This document shows, piece after piece, positions 40,387-49,079 of a stretch of 64,000 bases of DNA (positions within the stretch are counted from its first letter, which is position 1; each line of letters opens with the position of its first letter). Made by a program: the position numbers and the translations under genes. The stretch covers positions 30,621 to 94,620 of IMG/VR virus record IMGVR_UViG_3300032050_000049; one strand, written 5' to 3'. The notes beneath the pieces were generated by a model. The model was not told the DNA's origin and ran no database searches. It saw nothing but the letters and a program-made list of their open reading frames with translations. The DNA comes from a virus (Duplodnaviria; Heunggongvirae; Uroviricota; Caudoviricetes).

Positions 40387-40627
40387 TTTCTTTATTTTCT
40401 GACTTGATGTTCTTGACCAACTTGGTCACATCACTTTTTAAGATTATCAGCGACCCGATAAAAAGTCCAGCGAAAAGTGCGGTTCCAACAAGATTTGCAA
40501 CGTCACTCTTTTGATTAATTAAATTAGTGGATTGATTAAACAAACAAGCGCCCACTGTAAGTACAACAAAATACTTTGCACAATACTTTACAATATTTTT
40601 ATTACTAAACATAAATTTTTCATTCAT
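40379..40627 (-). CDS. Small membrane protein partner of the SPFH gene
   Basis: Two hydrophobic segments; 8-nt overlap with the SPFH start. Confidence 0.4.
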   Translation of the reverse strand: MNEKFMFSNKNIVKYCAKYFVVLTVGACLFNQSTNLINQKSDVANLVGTALFAGLFIGSLIILKSDVTKLVKNIKSENKENE

Positions 40628-40644
40628 ATCAAATAGACTATACT

Positions 40645-40680
40645 ACAAAAAAGAGGAACTGTCAAGTCCCTCTTAAATGT
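40645..40680 (-). terminator. Intrinsic terminator after the 40683..41327 gene
   Basis: Stem AAGAGG/CCTCTT; minus-strand T-tract 'TTTTTGTAGTATAG' then ATG of the next gene. Confidence 0.5.
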
Positions 40681-40682
40681 TT

Positions 40683-41327
40683 TTAATGATGTTTATCTTG
40701 CTTAACGTGATTCTTGTTCATCATAATCTTCTGAATCTCTGGAAAAGACAACGGCTTGCCGTGACCATCCCAACCCACATCCAGAATTTTATTGTCTGGG
40801 TTATCAAGTTGAGTAGTTGGATTGGTATAGTGGCTGTGACCACTCAACTGCCAAGCACCCTTTTGCATCTGATTAAAAATCTGATGTGGGTAATGATGAA
40901 TAACAATCATATGACCATTTACAATTAGTTCCTTGTAATAACCCAGATAAGTTATCTTACCAACTGCATATGGATACACTTCAATATCTTTACCATATTC
41001 AGTTGCAATAGCTTCTTCATACAATCTACGAATACAACTGTTATGATTACCCCAAATATAAGCAATATTTTGACAATTGATTCGTGCTAGAATTTCATTG
41101 AACTCTGGAGGGGTAATGTTTAGACAAAAATCACCCAGATGAATTAGTGTATCTTCTGGACGCACTACTTCATTAATCTTTGCAATCAAAGCATCATCGT
41201 GTTCATAACGATCTTTATAACCTCTAGCTTCAAATATGAAACTTTGGTTATGCCGGAAATGAGTATCACTGGTAAAGAATACCTTGTGACTATCATTATG
41301 TGTTAGTTTTAGAGGTCTTTCAAACAT
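40683..41327 (-). CDS. Calcineurin-like metallophosphoesterase (phosphatase partner of the Pnk-type kinase)
   Basis: 'SDTHF', 'GDFCLN', 'GNHN' metallophosphatase motifs. Confidence 0.7.
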   Translation of the reverse strand: MFERPLKLTHNDSHKVFFTSDTHFRHNQSFIFEARGYKDRYEHDDALIAKINEVVRPEDTLIHLGDFCLNITPPEFNEILARINCQNIAYIWGNHNSCIRRLYEEAIATEYGKDIEVYPYAVGKITYLGYYKELIVNGHMIVIHHYPHQIFNQMQKGAWQLSGHSHYTNPTTQLDNPDNKILDVGWDGHGKPLSFPEIQKIMMNKNHVKQDKHH

Positions 41328-41778
41328 AAATCATTACATCAATTCCTTCATTAAAGGATGGATCTTCATATTTTGATAGCATCCTATCAATAATATTTGT
41401 AGGCACAACTCTACCACCTTGTTCTCCTCGTTTCTTGTTTCTTTCAATTAATCCTTGACGATCCATCTTGAAAACAATAGCAACTACTTTTGCACCATAT
41501 TTCTTTGCAGTCTTAATATAGTCACTACGTTCCTTACGGTTTACACTGGTTGCGTCAACCAATACATTTTTACCATCTTTTAGAAATTCGTCAACCTTTC
41601 TTTTGATGTGACCGAAAACAAGTGGGGTAACAGTTTGATCTTCTTCACTTTTACCATATACAGCACGTAGTGAATCACTACTTAGATATTCAATATCTTT
41701 GTCTTTAATAAAGTTTTTTGCATATGTGGATTTACCACTTCCAGGCAATCCAACCGCAATATAAAGTGTATTATTCAT
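41320..41778 (-). CDS. Polynucleotide 5'-kinase (T4 Pnk kinase-domain-like)
   Basis: 'GLPGSGKST' Walker A, 'SSDSLR', 'NRKERS', 'ERNKKRG...VP'; collinear with the T4 Pnk N-domain. Confidence 0.75.
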   Translation of the reverse strand: MNNTLYIAVGLPGSGKSTYAKNFIKDKDIEYLSSDSLRAVYGKSEEDQTVTPLVFGHIKRKVDEFLKDGKNVLVDATSVNRKERSDYIKTAKKYGAKVVAIVFKMDRQGLIERNKKRGEQGGRVVPTNIIDRMLSKYEDPSFNEGIDVMIYV

Positions 41779-41813
41779 ATGTACATCTTAACTCAACTTG
41801 TTATAAAGTCAAG
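41776..41813 (-). promoter_or_regulatory. Promoter motif CTTGACTT-16-TAAGAT before the Pnk-kinase gene
   Basis: CTTGACTTTATAACAAGTTGAGTTAAGATGTACAT ATG. Confidence 0.5.
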
Positions 41814-41882
41814 AAAATTGTTAAGGGTAGGTAAAAGATGTTTATTTGGGGTACAATCTATGGTATATATGTAGTGTAATCA

Positions 41883-42254
41883 ATGGTTGGTTACAGAGTA
41901 ACAAAAGGTAAATATATGTTAAAGTATCTATTAGTATTGACCGCAGCATTGTCTTTAAATGCTCAACAAGGTCCAAAACAACCAAAAACAGGTGGACCAG
42001 ATCCAGTACCACCACATTTGCGTCCTGAACGTCCCAAGTTGACTGAAGAACAAAAGAAGCAACGTAGTGAACTTGTTGCTAAATATGATGCAAATAAAGA
42101 TGGTAAGTTGGACAAAGAAGAACGTATCAAGGTTAGTGACGCTGATCGTAAGTTAATGAGAAGTTTTGGTCCACCTCCAAGAGGTCCAAAACACGATGGT
42201 CCTCCTCCAACAAAAGATGGTGAAAGACCAGGTAAACCACACAAGAAGAACTAA
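41883..42254 (+). CDS. Secreted Pro/Lys-rich small protein (likely start ATG 41916 after 'AAGGT')
   Basis: Signal peptide 'MLKYLLVLTAALSLNAQQ'; followed by an intrinsic terminator. Confidence 0.5.
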   Translation: MVGYRVTKGKYMLKYLLVLTAALSLNAQQGPKQPKTGGPDPVPPHLRPERPKLTEEQKKQRSELVAKYDANKDGKLDKEERIKVSDADRKLMRSFGPPPRGPKHDGPPPTKDGERPGKPHKKN

Positions 42255-42263
42255 AACAAATAA

Positions 42264-42291
42264 CCCCACTAAATTAGTAGTGGGGTTTTTG
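42264..42291. terminator. Bidirectional intrinsic terminator between convergent genes
   Basis: CCCCACTA-AATTAG-TAGTGGGG then TTTTT; A-tract on the other side. Confidence 0.75.
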
Positions 42292-42306
42292 ATTTATACT
42301 TAAAAA

Positions 42307-43380
42307 TTACGGTGTTTGTATAGCATTGAGTAATGCTCTTGCTACAACACGATCTTTTTCTTTTTCTTCTTCAGGAAGTGAAGAATAATTTACATTTGAC
42401 AATTTTCTTCTTTGTTCAATTTTAGCGTCCAATTTACCATTATCTCTCAACTTTTGAGTATCACTGAATTGGTCTGGGTTTGCCACAAACTTTTTAGCAG
42501 TTTCATTCCAACCACTATGAATTGCATCCGAAATCTTTTCTATGTCAGTTACACCCGCGTCAATTACTCTTTTGGCAAATTCCGCTGATTTTAAATTGGC
42601 TTGCCATCCAAATGTATTACCCGGAGTGCTTCTACCATAATGATAAGCATTATCCAATGCTTCATCACTAACGGTTGCCAAATCTTCTATTGACATATTT
42701 TCATTCAACTTCTTGTGTAGAAGTTTAAGATGCTTTTGAAATGTTTCGTTTAAAATATTCTGGTTCATATGATTATAAGTATCTTCGGTTATATGTAATT
42801 GTTTTAAAAAAAAGTCAACAATTTCTTTTATTATAGGTGCTAATCCTTTCGTGGAAAACATAATATCAGATTCTTTTTCAACGTCATCAAAATCTAAATC
42901 ATAACTTCCAAGCTTTAAACCATTAGTAATGATATCACGTATACTTTTAAGTGCAGCTCCATCACCACTCAATCCTTTTTTATACAATATCAACTTTGCA
43001 ACTTTCATTAATAAACCAATTGTAATTGTATAATATATCGTAATAGCAATATGTTTTAATTCAGATTCATCTTTTGTTTTTAGTTTTGGTATTTTTTTCA
43101 ATACAAACACCAATCCATTAATATATGATGTAGCCCATTTATCAATATTATCTATTGCAATTTGAATTTTTGGTAACATAGTTTTTGTTACAAAATTTGC
43201 AGTCTTCGATTTGTTAGAATCAGCAAACAAATTTTTAGGCATAATTAATGCAATTAAATTTTTTACTATATTAAGAAATGCAGCAGATATTACTGGTAAG
43301 GTAAGCAGCAATGTCACAATTGATACTACATCTCCAATTCCTTCTACATATAGTTTTTTCTTATTTACATTTTTAGCCAT
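42307..43380 (-). CDS. Membrane-anchored hypothetical protein (357 aa)
   Basis: N-terminal TM segments. Shares the 'NETFQKHLKLLHKKL' module with the 43460 gene. Confidence 0.5.
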   Translation of the reverse strand: MAKNVNKKKLYVEGIGDVVSIVTLLLTLPVISAAFLNIVKNLIALIMPKNLFADSNKSKTANFVTKTMLPKIQIAIDNIDKWATSYINGLVFVLKKIPKLKTKDESELKHIAITIYYTITIGLLMKVAKLILYKKGLSGDGAALKSIRDIITNGLKLGSYDLDFDDVEKESDIMFSTKGLAPIIKEIVDFFLKQLHITEDTYNHMNQNILNETFQKHLKLLHKKLNENMSIEDLATVSDEALDNAYHYGRSTPGNTFGWQANLKSAEFAKRVIDAGVTDIEKISDAIHSGWNETAKKFVANPDQFSDTQKLRDNGKLDAKIEQRRKLSNVNYSSLPEEEKEKDRVVARALLNAIQTP

Positions 43381-43400
43381 ATTGATATAAATATATCTAC

Positions 43401-43439
43401 AAAAAAATAAACCCCACTAAATTAATAGTGGGGTTTTTG
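43401..43439. terminator. Intrinsic terminator, same stem as 42264
   Basis: AAAAAAATAA-CCCCACTA-AATTAA-TAGTGGGG-TTTTT. Confidence 0.75.
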
Positions 43440-43459
43440 CTTATTAAATTGATATAGTT

Positions 43460-44119
43460 TTAAACTAATACAGCGTCATATAACTGGTTTGAATTGGCTG
43501 CTTTTATTCGTAGTTCCACTTTGCCAGCACTTCGAATTACATCAATTACCACGGCACCCATTAAACCATCTGGTTCATTACCTTCATTAGTTACTTCATC
43601 AACTGGTCTTTTTAATCCGCCGGCTGTATAGAGTATATCTAATAATTGTTTAAAGTTTTCGTCACTCCAATTTGGAAAGTTGCTTCTAACATCAGGATCC
43701 CCGCCTCCTTGACTCATACTTACAAAATCTCTAGCGGACATTTGCAAAGATGATGAACCTTTACCAAAATGTTTTATATATTGATTAGCAGTGTTTTTTA
43801 CTTTTTCATCTGAAACACCACTGCCTTTTTTAACAATTTTTACAAACTCATTTCCTTTCAATTCAAAACCACTTTCTTTGAATGCATCCACCAATTCATT
43901 AAATGCATCCGTACCTTTTTCAATATCTAAATCATTCAAAACGGTATCAACTTCAAATGAAGAGGTATAACCACTACTATTTTGATCTAACCAAAAGGCT
44001 AGTTTAGCATCTATAGTGTCGTCGTCAGGCTCAAATAATCCTTCATTCAACTGAAGTTTTTTATTTAGAAGACCCAAATGTTTTTTAAATGTTTCGTTAA
44101 GTAAATTGCTCATATACAA
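43460..44119 (-). CDS. Hypothetical protein (219 aa), partial paralog of 42307..43380
   Basis: Shared 'NETFKKHLGLLNKKL' module. Confidence 0.5.
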   Translation of the reverse strand: MYMSNLLNETFKKHLGLLNKKLQLNEGLFEPDDDTIDAKLAFWLDQNSSGYTSSFEVDTVLNDLDIEKGTDAFNELVDAFKESGFELKGNEFVKIVKKGSGVSDEKVKNTANQYIKHFGKGSSSLQMSARDFVSMSQGGGDPDVRSNFPNWSDENFKQLLDILYTAGGLKRPVDEVTNEGNEPDGLMGAVVIDVIRSAGKVELRIKAANSNQLYDAVLV

Positions 44120-44130
44120 TAAATATATAC

Positions 44131-44164
44131 AAAAAAATAAAACCCATCAAATTAATGATGGGTT
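44131..44164 (-). terminator. Intrinsic terminator after the Rnl1-like gene
   Basis: AACCCATCA-AATTAA-TGATGGGTT; minus-strand T-tract 'TTTATTTTTTTG'. Confidence 0.7.
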
Positions 44165-44170
44165 CTACTA

Positions 44171-45262
44171 TTAGTTCTTTAAGACTTGGAACATCAACTT
44201 CTTATATTCTTCCTTACCTAATGGACGATTATCCAAGAGTTTAAATACAAAAGCAGCTCTGTTTGTTTCACCATAAGATGAAATAACCAGTTGTGCTTGT
44301 TCTTTTCTGGTAGGCAATGAACGAAGTCTGTTATTCACAAAACTATTCATACCATCCACAATCTTGTTTACTTCCTTCTTACCATCCGCAATACGGCTAA
44401 TAGTACCTTTAATTTGTTCTGCTAACTCGAAATCAAAGGTGGTAAAGATATAGTTATAAAAAGTGTTGTAGTCAGGCATACCCTGTTCCAACCACACATC
44501 CATAATTTTTTCCAGTGAACTAAGTTCAGACTTTAGATGATGTAACAGGAGATATTTAGATGCTTTAATCTTATGAATAGTCTGATCATTCTTACTATAT
44601 AAGCATACGCCTTCTTTATCTTGCCACTTATCTACAATCTGTAACATATCAGTTATATCAGTAAAAGTATAGATTTCCGGACGAAGTAAATCATACTTCT
44701 TAGCCATAGCATCCAACATATCTTGTTGTGCAAGTGAATAGTTGATATGATTAATAAAACCAATCAACTTCCACATAGGTTCATCGCCATACGATAACAC
44801 AATTTTATTGATTGGAGACAGCCATTCCCAAATGATAGAATAACCCCAAGTATCATTGTTATCCTGTAACTTACTTAGAATAGTTGACTTGAACAATTCT
44901 AACTCAAAACCATTAGCCATAGTAGAAGCATCAACAGTTCCACGGGTTCGTAGAATATATTGACCCTTATACTTGCTAACAATCAAAGTGCTACCGTCCA
45001 ACTTTTCAACAACAGTGCAATGCTTCAATGAAGCAGGAACAGGAAAGTGTTCAGGATTCTCCCCATAGTTAGTAAACTTCGGAAATGATGCACTAATAAC
45101 TTCACCCTCATAATTCACAACCACACTACGCATGTGCTTGTTGTCTTGCGTCCACTTAGTGCCAATATTTTGGGGTTGAATCAAATGGACAATTTCACCG
45201 AAAGCGTGGAAATGGTGCACCATAAATTGAGTGCGGTCAACCTTATCTATGTCAATTTTCAT
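44171..45262 (-). CDS. RNA ligase, T4 Rnl1-like
   Basis: Motif I 'VVEKLDGSTL'. N-terminal 'NYEGE...PKF.N.GENPE' parallels T4 RnlA 'FEMDGEKP...EKFFNLNENP'. Confidence 0.7.
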   Translation of the reverse strand: MKIDIDKVDRTQFMVHHFHAFGEIVHLIQPQNIGTKWTQDNKHMRSVVVNYEGEVISASFPKFTNYGENPEHFPVPASLKHCTVVEKLDGSTLIVSKYKGQYILRTRGTVDASTMANGFELELFKSTILSKLQDNNDTWGYSIIWEWLSPINKIVLSYGDEPMWKLIGFINHINYSLAQQDMLDAMAKKYDLLRPEIYTFTDITDMLQIVDKWQDKEGVCLYSKNDQTIHKIKASKYLLLHHLKSELSSLEKIMDVWLEQGMPDYNTFYNYIFTTFDFELAEQIKGTISRIADGKKEVNKIVDGMNSFVNNRLRSLPTRKEQAQLVISSYGETNRAAFVFKLLDNRPLGKEEYKKLMFQVLKN

Positions 45263-45298
45263 AGATTTATCTTACAACAGATTTTAAAGAAAGTCAAG
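45260..45298 (-). promoter_or_regulatory. Promoter TTGACT-17-TAAGAT before the Rnl1-like gene
   Basis: CTTGACTT TCTTTAAAATCTGTTG TAAGAT AAATCT ATG. Confidence 0.55.
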
Positions 45299-45626
45299 GT
45301 TCATCTTCAACATTTTCACCACATTCTTTGCAACTATCAAATAGTAGAAACAAAGACAGTTTTTCTTCCATTTTTTCTTTGCTTCCAAAGTGTTCTGTAA
45401 GTATTTCGTCTGCTTTGATATCATCTTTCCAACCAGCCCAATTTCCGTCACCGGGAGTTCCACCCAATTCCAGATAATTACACCAAGGAAATTCCACACC
45501 ATTGACATTTTTTACATCATAGTATGGACACCGATTTACTGTGCCACGATAGTTGTTACTTTCACTAGGAACCTCTTTCCAAGTGTAACAATAATCTCCT
45601 TTGGGTATGACACTAGTGTCTTTCAT
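45294..45626 (-). CDS. Hypothetical protein (110 aa)
   Basis: ORF with promoter motif. Confidence 0.45.
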   Translation of the reverse strand: MKDTSVIPKGDYCYTWKEVPSESNNYRGTVNRCPYYDVKNVNGVEFPWCNYLELGGTPGDGNWAGWKDDIKADEILTEHFGSKEKMEEKLSLFLLFDSCKECGENVEDEP

Positions 45627-45662
45627 ACAACTACATTACTACACAGTTTAGAATAAGTCAAG
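45624..45662 (-). promoter_or_regulatory. Promoter TTGACT-17-TAATGT
   Basis: CTTGACTT ATTCTAAACTGTGTAG TAATGT AGTTGT ATG. Confidence 0.55.
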
Positions 45663-46065
45663 CCAAATATTTCAAAATGAAATAATTGCAAATTAGATGA
45701 TAGGTATTATCACTTATAATGTATAGCCAAGTGCTAATAAACTTGGGTCTAGCATCTGGATCAGTATTTTTCCAATCGTCATAATAACCAGTAACGTTGC
45801 ATTTATCATATGATGGATATGACCAATCTGGTCCAATTCGATTTTTATACCAAACAAAGTATTTGATAATACACCATCTATCTTGAATAAAGTGAGTGGC
45901 AAATATTAGAAATAGTGCTAGTATATTTTGAGTAAGCAACAAAAATGGTACAGTATATAACAAACAGTGAACCAAACAAGGAATAGATCGCTTGTTTTTA
46001 TTCAAAGCCATCCAATCGCTTTGGAAATAATAATCTGCTACTAAATGTACCAATAGTTGTTCCAT
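45658..46065 (-). CDS. Membrane protein (135 aa)
   Basis: Several hydrophobic helices. Confidence 0.45.
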   Translation of the reverse strand: MEQLLVHLVADYYFQSDWMALNKNKRSIPCLVHCLLYTVPFLLLTQNILALFLIFATHFIQDRWCIIKYFVWYKNRIGPDWSYPSYDKCNVTGYYDDWKNTDPDARPKFISTWLYIISDNTYHLICNYFILKYLA

Positions 46066-46066
46066 A

Positions 46067-46588
46067 TCAAAGTAGAGTTATATCTTCGTATCTGATTACC
46101 CAACCACCCTTTTTATTAATATCATCATTCACAGTTACTTCATAAGTTTCTGGTTTAATGCCGGTAATATAGTGATTTTCATACTTCTTATAACCTTGTT
46201 TGGCATTTACCTTTTTGCCAATTACATCACTAGGAATCTCTAGAAAATTCTCTTTGGTCCATTGTCCAATAATTTCTTTGGTCAAACTATCCTTGATAGT
46301 ACTAACACCATCCAGAATATATACCAATTCACTATCTGGTTCAATATACTTATATTCACTCAAATATTGAGCAAGTGTAAATCCATCAGTATCAGATTCA
46401 AACAAACAATCAATAATGTCTTGTTCATAGGTTTCCTGTGTTTCTTCATAACCGCCACCAGAGGTACACCAATTTATATATTGATCAACAACACGATTAA
46501 AGTGTTTGTTTTCACGGTTAATATTTTCCCTTGAAAATTTAGGACGCTTAACCTTGTCTTGTAGCTTCATATAGGTTTGTTCACTCAT
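46067..46588 (-). CDS. Hypothetical protein (173 aa)
   Basis: ORF with promoter motif. Confidence 0.5.
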   Translation of the reverse strand: MSEQTYMKLQDKVKRPKFSRENINRENKHFNRVVDQYINWCTSGGGYEETQETYEQDIIDCLFESDTDGFTLAQYLSEYKYIEPDSELVYILDGVSTIKDSLTKEIIGQWTKENFLEIPSDVIGKKVNAKQGYKKYENHYITGIKPETYEVTVNDDINKKGGWVIRYEDITLL

Positions 46589-46627
46589 AACTTTATAAGA
46601 TTACCACACAGTTTATAACAAGTCAAG
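46586..46627 (-). promoter_or_regulatory. Promoter TTGACT-17-TAATCT
   Basis: CTTGACTT GTTATAAACTGTGTGG TAATCT TATAAAGTT ATG. Confidence 0.55.
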
Positions 46628-46973
46628 AAATTTCTGGACACAAAGTTGCATCATACGCTCTTGGTAAAGAATCATCTCTACCATCTTTAAATGGAAATTT
46701 ATGACAAACTGATGGGTAAAATTTATGAGAATGTATTTTACATCCATTATTCCAAAATATACATCTTCCATTCCAAGTTTGGGTTCTATATTCTTTTTTA
46801 TCATTATCAAAGAAAATAAAATTATCCCCAAACTCATTTAACAGACCCTCACCTTCTTCTTTTGATAAGAAAGTTCCCCACTTACAACATACAGAGTTGT
46901 GAGGACACGGATTACATGGTAATATATTCATATTTTTGGCAGTTTGTAGTCTGGAATTTGACTTGGAAACCAA
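46623..46973 (-). CDS. Cys-rich metal-binding small protein
   Basis: 'NPCPHNSVCC', 'CIFWNNGC'. Confidence 0.45.
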   Translation of the reverse strand: MVSKSNSRLQTAKNMNILPCNPCPHNSVCCKWGTFLSKEEGEGLLNEFGDNFIFFDNDKKEYRTQTWNGRCIFWNNGCKIHSHKFYPSVCHKFPFKDGRDDSLPRAYDATLCPEIS

Positions 46974-47137
46974 AAGAAGTCTTCTTCAAAACTATAAAAA
47001 AAGTTTTGATTAGTAGCATGATTATACGCTTCCATTACAGTTCTGTCATTTAATGTACGTTGTTTACCCCTAAATTCCATGTGGGGATATTTTTTCTTAA
47101 TTTCTTCTGGAACGTGAATATTCATTTGGCAATCCAA
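46928..47137 (-). CDS. Hypothetical protein (69 aa)
   Basis: ORF. Confidence 0.35.
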   Translation of the reverse strand: MDCQMNIHVPEEIKKKYPHMEFRGKQRTLNDRTVMEAYNHATNQNFFYSFEEDFFWFPSQIPDYKLPKI

Positions 47138-47448
47138 TCGTGAAATCGTTGCGGTAAAAACATATAAATTGTTATTGTTGCAAGTGAAATTGTAACGGGT
47201 GATACATCTACCTTAAATAGATGATACAACAATATACTTGTACCCAATGACAATATCAAATTAACAATAAACGCTAAAAATAATTTCATAGAAATATTGA
47301 TTGAATGCTCTTTAACTTACGATTAAGTTCTTTATTTTCTTCTTTCAGTTGTTCAACTTCTTGCATTAATCTAGAGTTTTCTTCGTGTAAATTTCTAATG
47401 TTATCCATTAAATCTCGTAAGATATCTTCATTACTTTCAAAGTCCATA

Positions 47449-47661
47449 TTATTCTACCTTTCCATATACAGTTTCAACATCAATATAATAATTAGGCAAT
47501 CCAAATGGACGAATAGTGAACTTCCAAGTCTTTTCCCTATCCTTGAAGTTATAACCACTAATAAATCCAATACCACGGTTAGTGTTTACCTTGTCACCAA
47601 AATGATAAGGAAGAGGATTTTCAGCAAGAACTTTGGCGAACAACTCATTATTATTGATCAT
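47449..47661 (-). CDS. Hypothetical protein (70 aa)
   Basis: Preceded by TTGACA-17-TAAAGT. Confidence 0.4.
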   Translation of the reverse strand: MINNNELFAKVLAENPLPYHFGDKVNTNRGIGFISGYNFKDREKTWKFTIRPFGLPNYYIDVETVYGKVE

Positions 47662-47698
47662 ATAACAACTTTACCCCAACTTTTTTTAAATGTCAAAC
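47659..47698 (-). promoter_or_regulatory. Promoter TTGACA-17-TAAAGT
   Basis: TTTGACA TTTAAAAAAAGTTGGGG TAAAGT TGTTAT ATG. Confidence 0.55.
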
Positions 47699-48213
47699 AC
47701 TTTTCCGTCAAAATATGCTTTACATCCCAAAACTCGGTCAATCGCAAAGATTTTCACATCAGCTTCACTAAACATAGTAAATGTAGCATTATCGTGTCCC
47801 TTCCATTGTTCACGTTGTGCCTCATTACACAAATCATTAAATTGCCGGTGTATATAAACATCTTTGATGCCACTTTGGATGATTCCCCTAGCACAGTCTG
47901 CACAAGGCAAAGCATTGGTATAAAGAATTGCGCCATCGGTGTTTATACCGTACCTAGCAGCTGCGTAAATCGCATTGCGTTCACCGTGTTCGTACCATTT
48001 GTACTTTTCTGGTCGTTCGTTACGAATTTCATTTTTGTCTGCTACCCCAATAGGAATGCCATTGAAGCCAGTAGATATGATTCGTTTGTCTTTTACAATG
48101 AGAGCACCAATCTTTGTCTTGGGATCTTTGGATTTACTTGCAACCCAATAGACTCCTTGTAAAAACCATTCGTTCCAATCTGGTGGTGTATAATTTAATC
48201 CCATAAGTGACAA
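47686..48213 (-). CDS. dCMP deaminase
   Basis: 'HGERNAI', 'LPCADCARGIIQSGIKDVY'. Confidence 0.8.
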   Translation of the reverse strand: MSLMGLNYTPPDWNEWFLQGVYWVASKSKDPKTKIGALIVKDKRIISTGFNGIPIGVADKNEIRNERPEKYKWYEHGERNAIYAAARYGINTDGAILYTNALPCADCARGIIQSGIKDVYIHRQFNDLCNEAQREQWKGHDNATFTMFSEADVKIFAIDRVLGCKAYFDGKVFDI

Positions 48214-48740
48214 TAGTATTTTGCAAATAGTTCTAGACCTTTTTGTTTGCGTTCTTGTAATTCATTGTGTTTTTTCATCCACTCATCAAAAGATTGTTTT
48301 TGTTCTGGAGTTTTTCCTTTATTTAGAAGCCATTCTGTATCTCCAAGATAATGTGGAAATGGATTGAATCGTTCGTCATCATTTAGATATTCAAATGTCC
48401 AAATAAGTTCATCAAGTACATTTTCCCATTCTTCTGGTGTGAAATCTGGATGATAACCATACCGTTTCATTTTCTTGAAGTGTTTTAGTCTGGGTAGAAT
48501 AAACTTACTGAATGTACCATCCAAACTCCAACATTCTTCATTACTTACACCATAACGCATACGTTGATATGTACTAATAAACCATCGTTTAATGTCATGA
48601 CATTTGTAATATACACGCCAACCATATGGTACTGTATCAAACAACCAGTCACCAAATTTATTGGTTCTATACCATTTTTCTTCTGAAAGAGGTGTGTTTT
48701 CAGAATCTTCTAATCGTTCGTTGATTTTTTTGAGATCCAT
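48195..48740 (-). CDS. Hypothetical protein (181 aa)
   Basis: ORF with terminator-promoter unit upstream. Confidence 0.5.
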   Translation of the reverse strand: MDLKKINERLEDSENTPLSEEKWYRTNKFGDWLFDTVPYGWRVYYKCHDIKRWFISTYQRMRYGVSNEECWSLDGTFSKFILPRLKHFKKMKRYGYHPDFTPEEWENVLDELIWTFEYLNDDERFNPFPHYLGDTEWLLNKGKTPEQKQSFDEWMKKHNELQERKQKGLELFAKYYCHLWD

Positions 48741-48775
48741 ATTACAACTATATCACAGAGTGTATATGTGTCAAA
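48738..48775 (-). promoter_or_regulatory. Promoter TTTGACA-17-ATAGTT immediately after a terminator
   Basis: TTTGACA CATATACACTCTGTGAT ATAGTT GTAAT ATG. Confidence 0.45.
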
Positions 48776-48803
48776 CAAAAAACCCCACATTTTACTGTGG
48801 GGT
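48771..48803 (-). terminator. Intrinsic terminator after 48829..49050, fused to the TTTGACA promoter of 48195..48740
   Basis: CCCCACA-TTTTAC-TGTGGGG with a minus-strand T-tract. Confidence 0.7.
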
Positions 48804-48828
48804 ATGATGAATAAACAAACAAATGAAA

Positions 48829-49050
48829 TTATTTAACGTTTTTCAAACCAGGATGTGCTTTGTGCCAAGGCATTTCGTGTACAACTGTTGGTGCTTGGTT
48901 AGACCATCTAGCTTGTTGTGGTTGTTGGGCTTGTTGTTGAGCTTGATCCATTTGTTGAGCAGCTAACATAGCATTTGCGGTACCTGGATTGTTGCTGGTA
49001 AGACCTACAACTGGATTTTGTGTTTTGATTCCTAAATAAAGACCTGACAT
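48829..49050 (-). CDS. Hypothetical Q-rich protein (73 aa)
   Basis: ORF ending at a terminator. Confidence 0.4.
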   Translation of the reverse strand: MSGLYLGIKTQNPVVGLTSNNPGTANAMLAAQQMDQAQQQAQQPQQARWSNQAPTVVHEMPWHKAHPGLKNVK

Positions 49051-49079
49051 AGTGTTATACCTTTTGTTAAATATAACTA

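Noticed and set aside
47305-48162. 285-aa plus-strand ORF across the dCMP deaminase locus
   Set aside because: It runs antisense to a strongly supported dCMP deaminase gene. It has a Cys/Ser/Phe-rich low-complexity translation and no promoter or start context.
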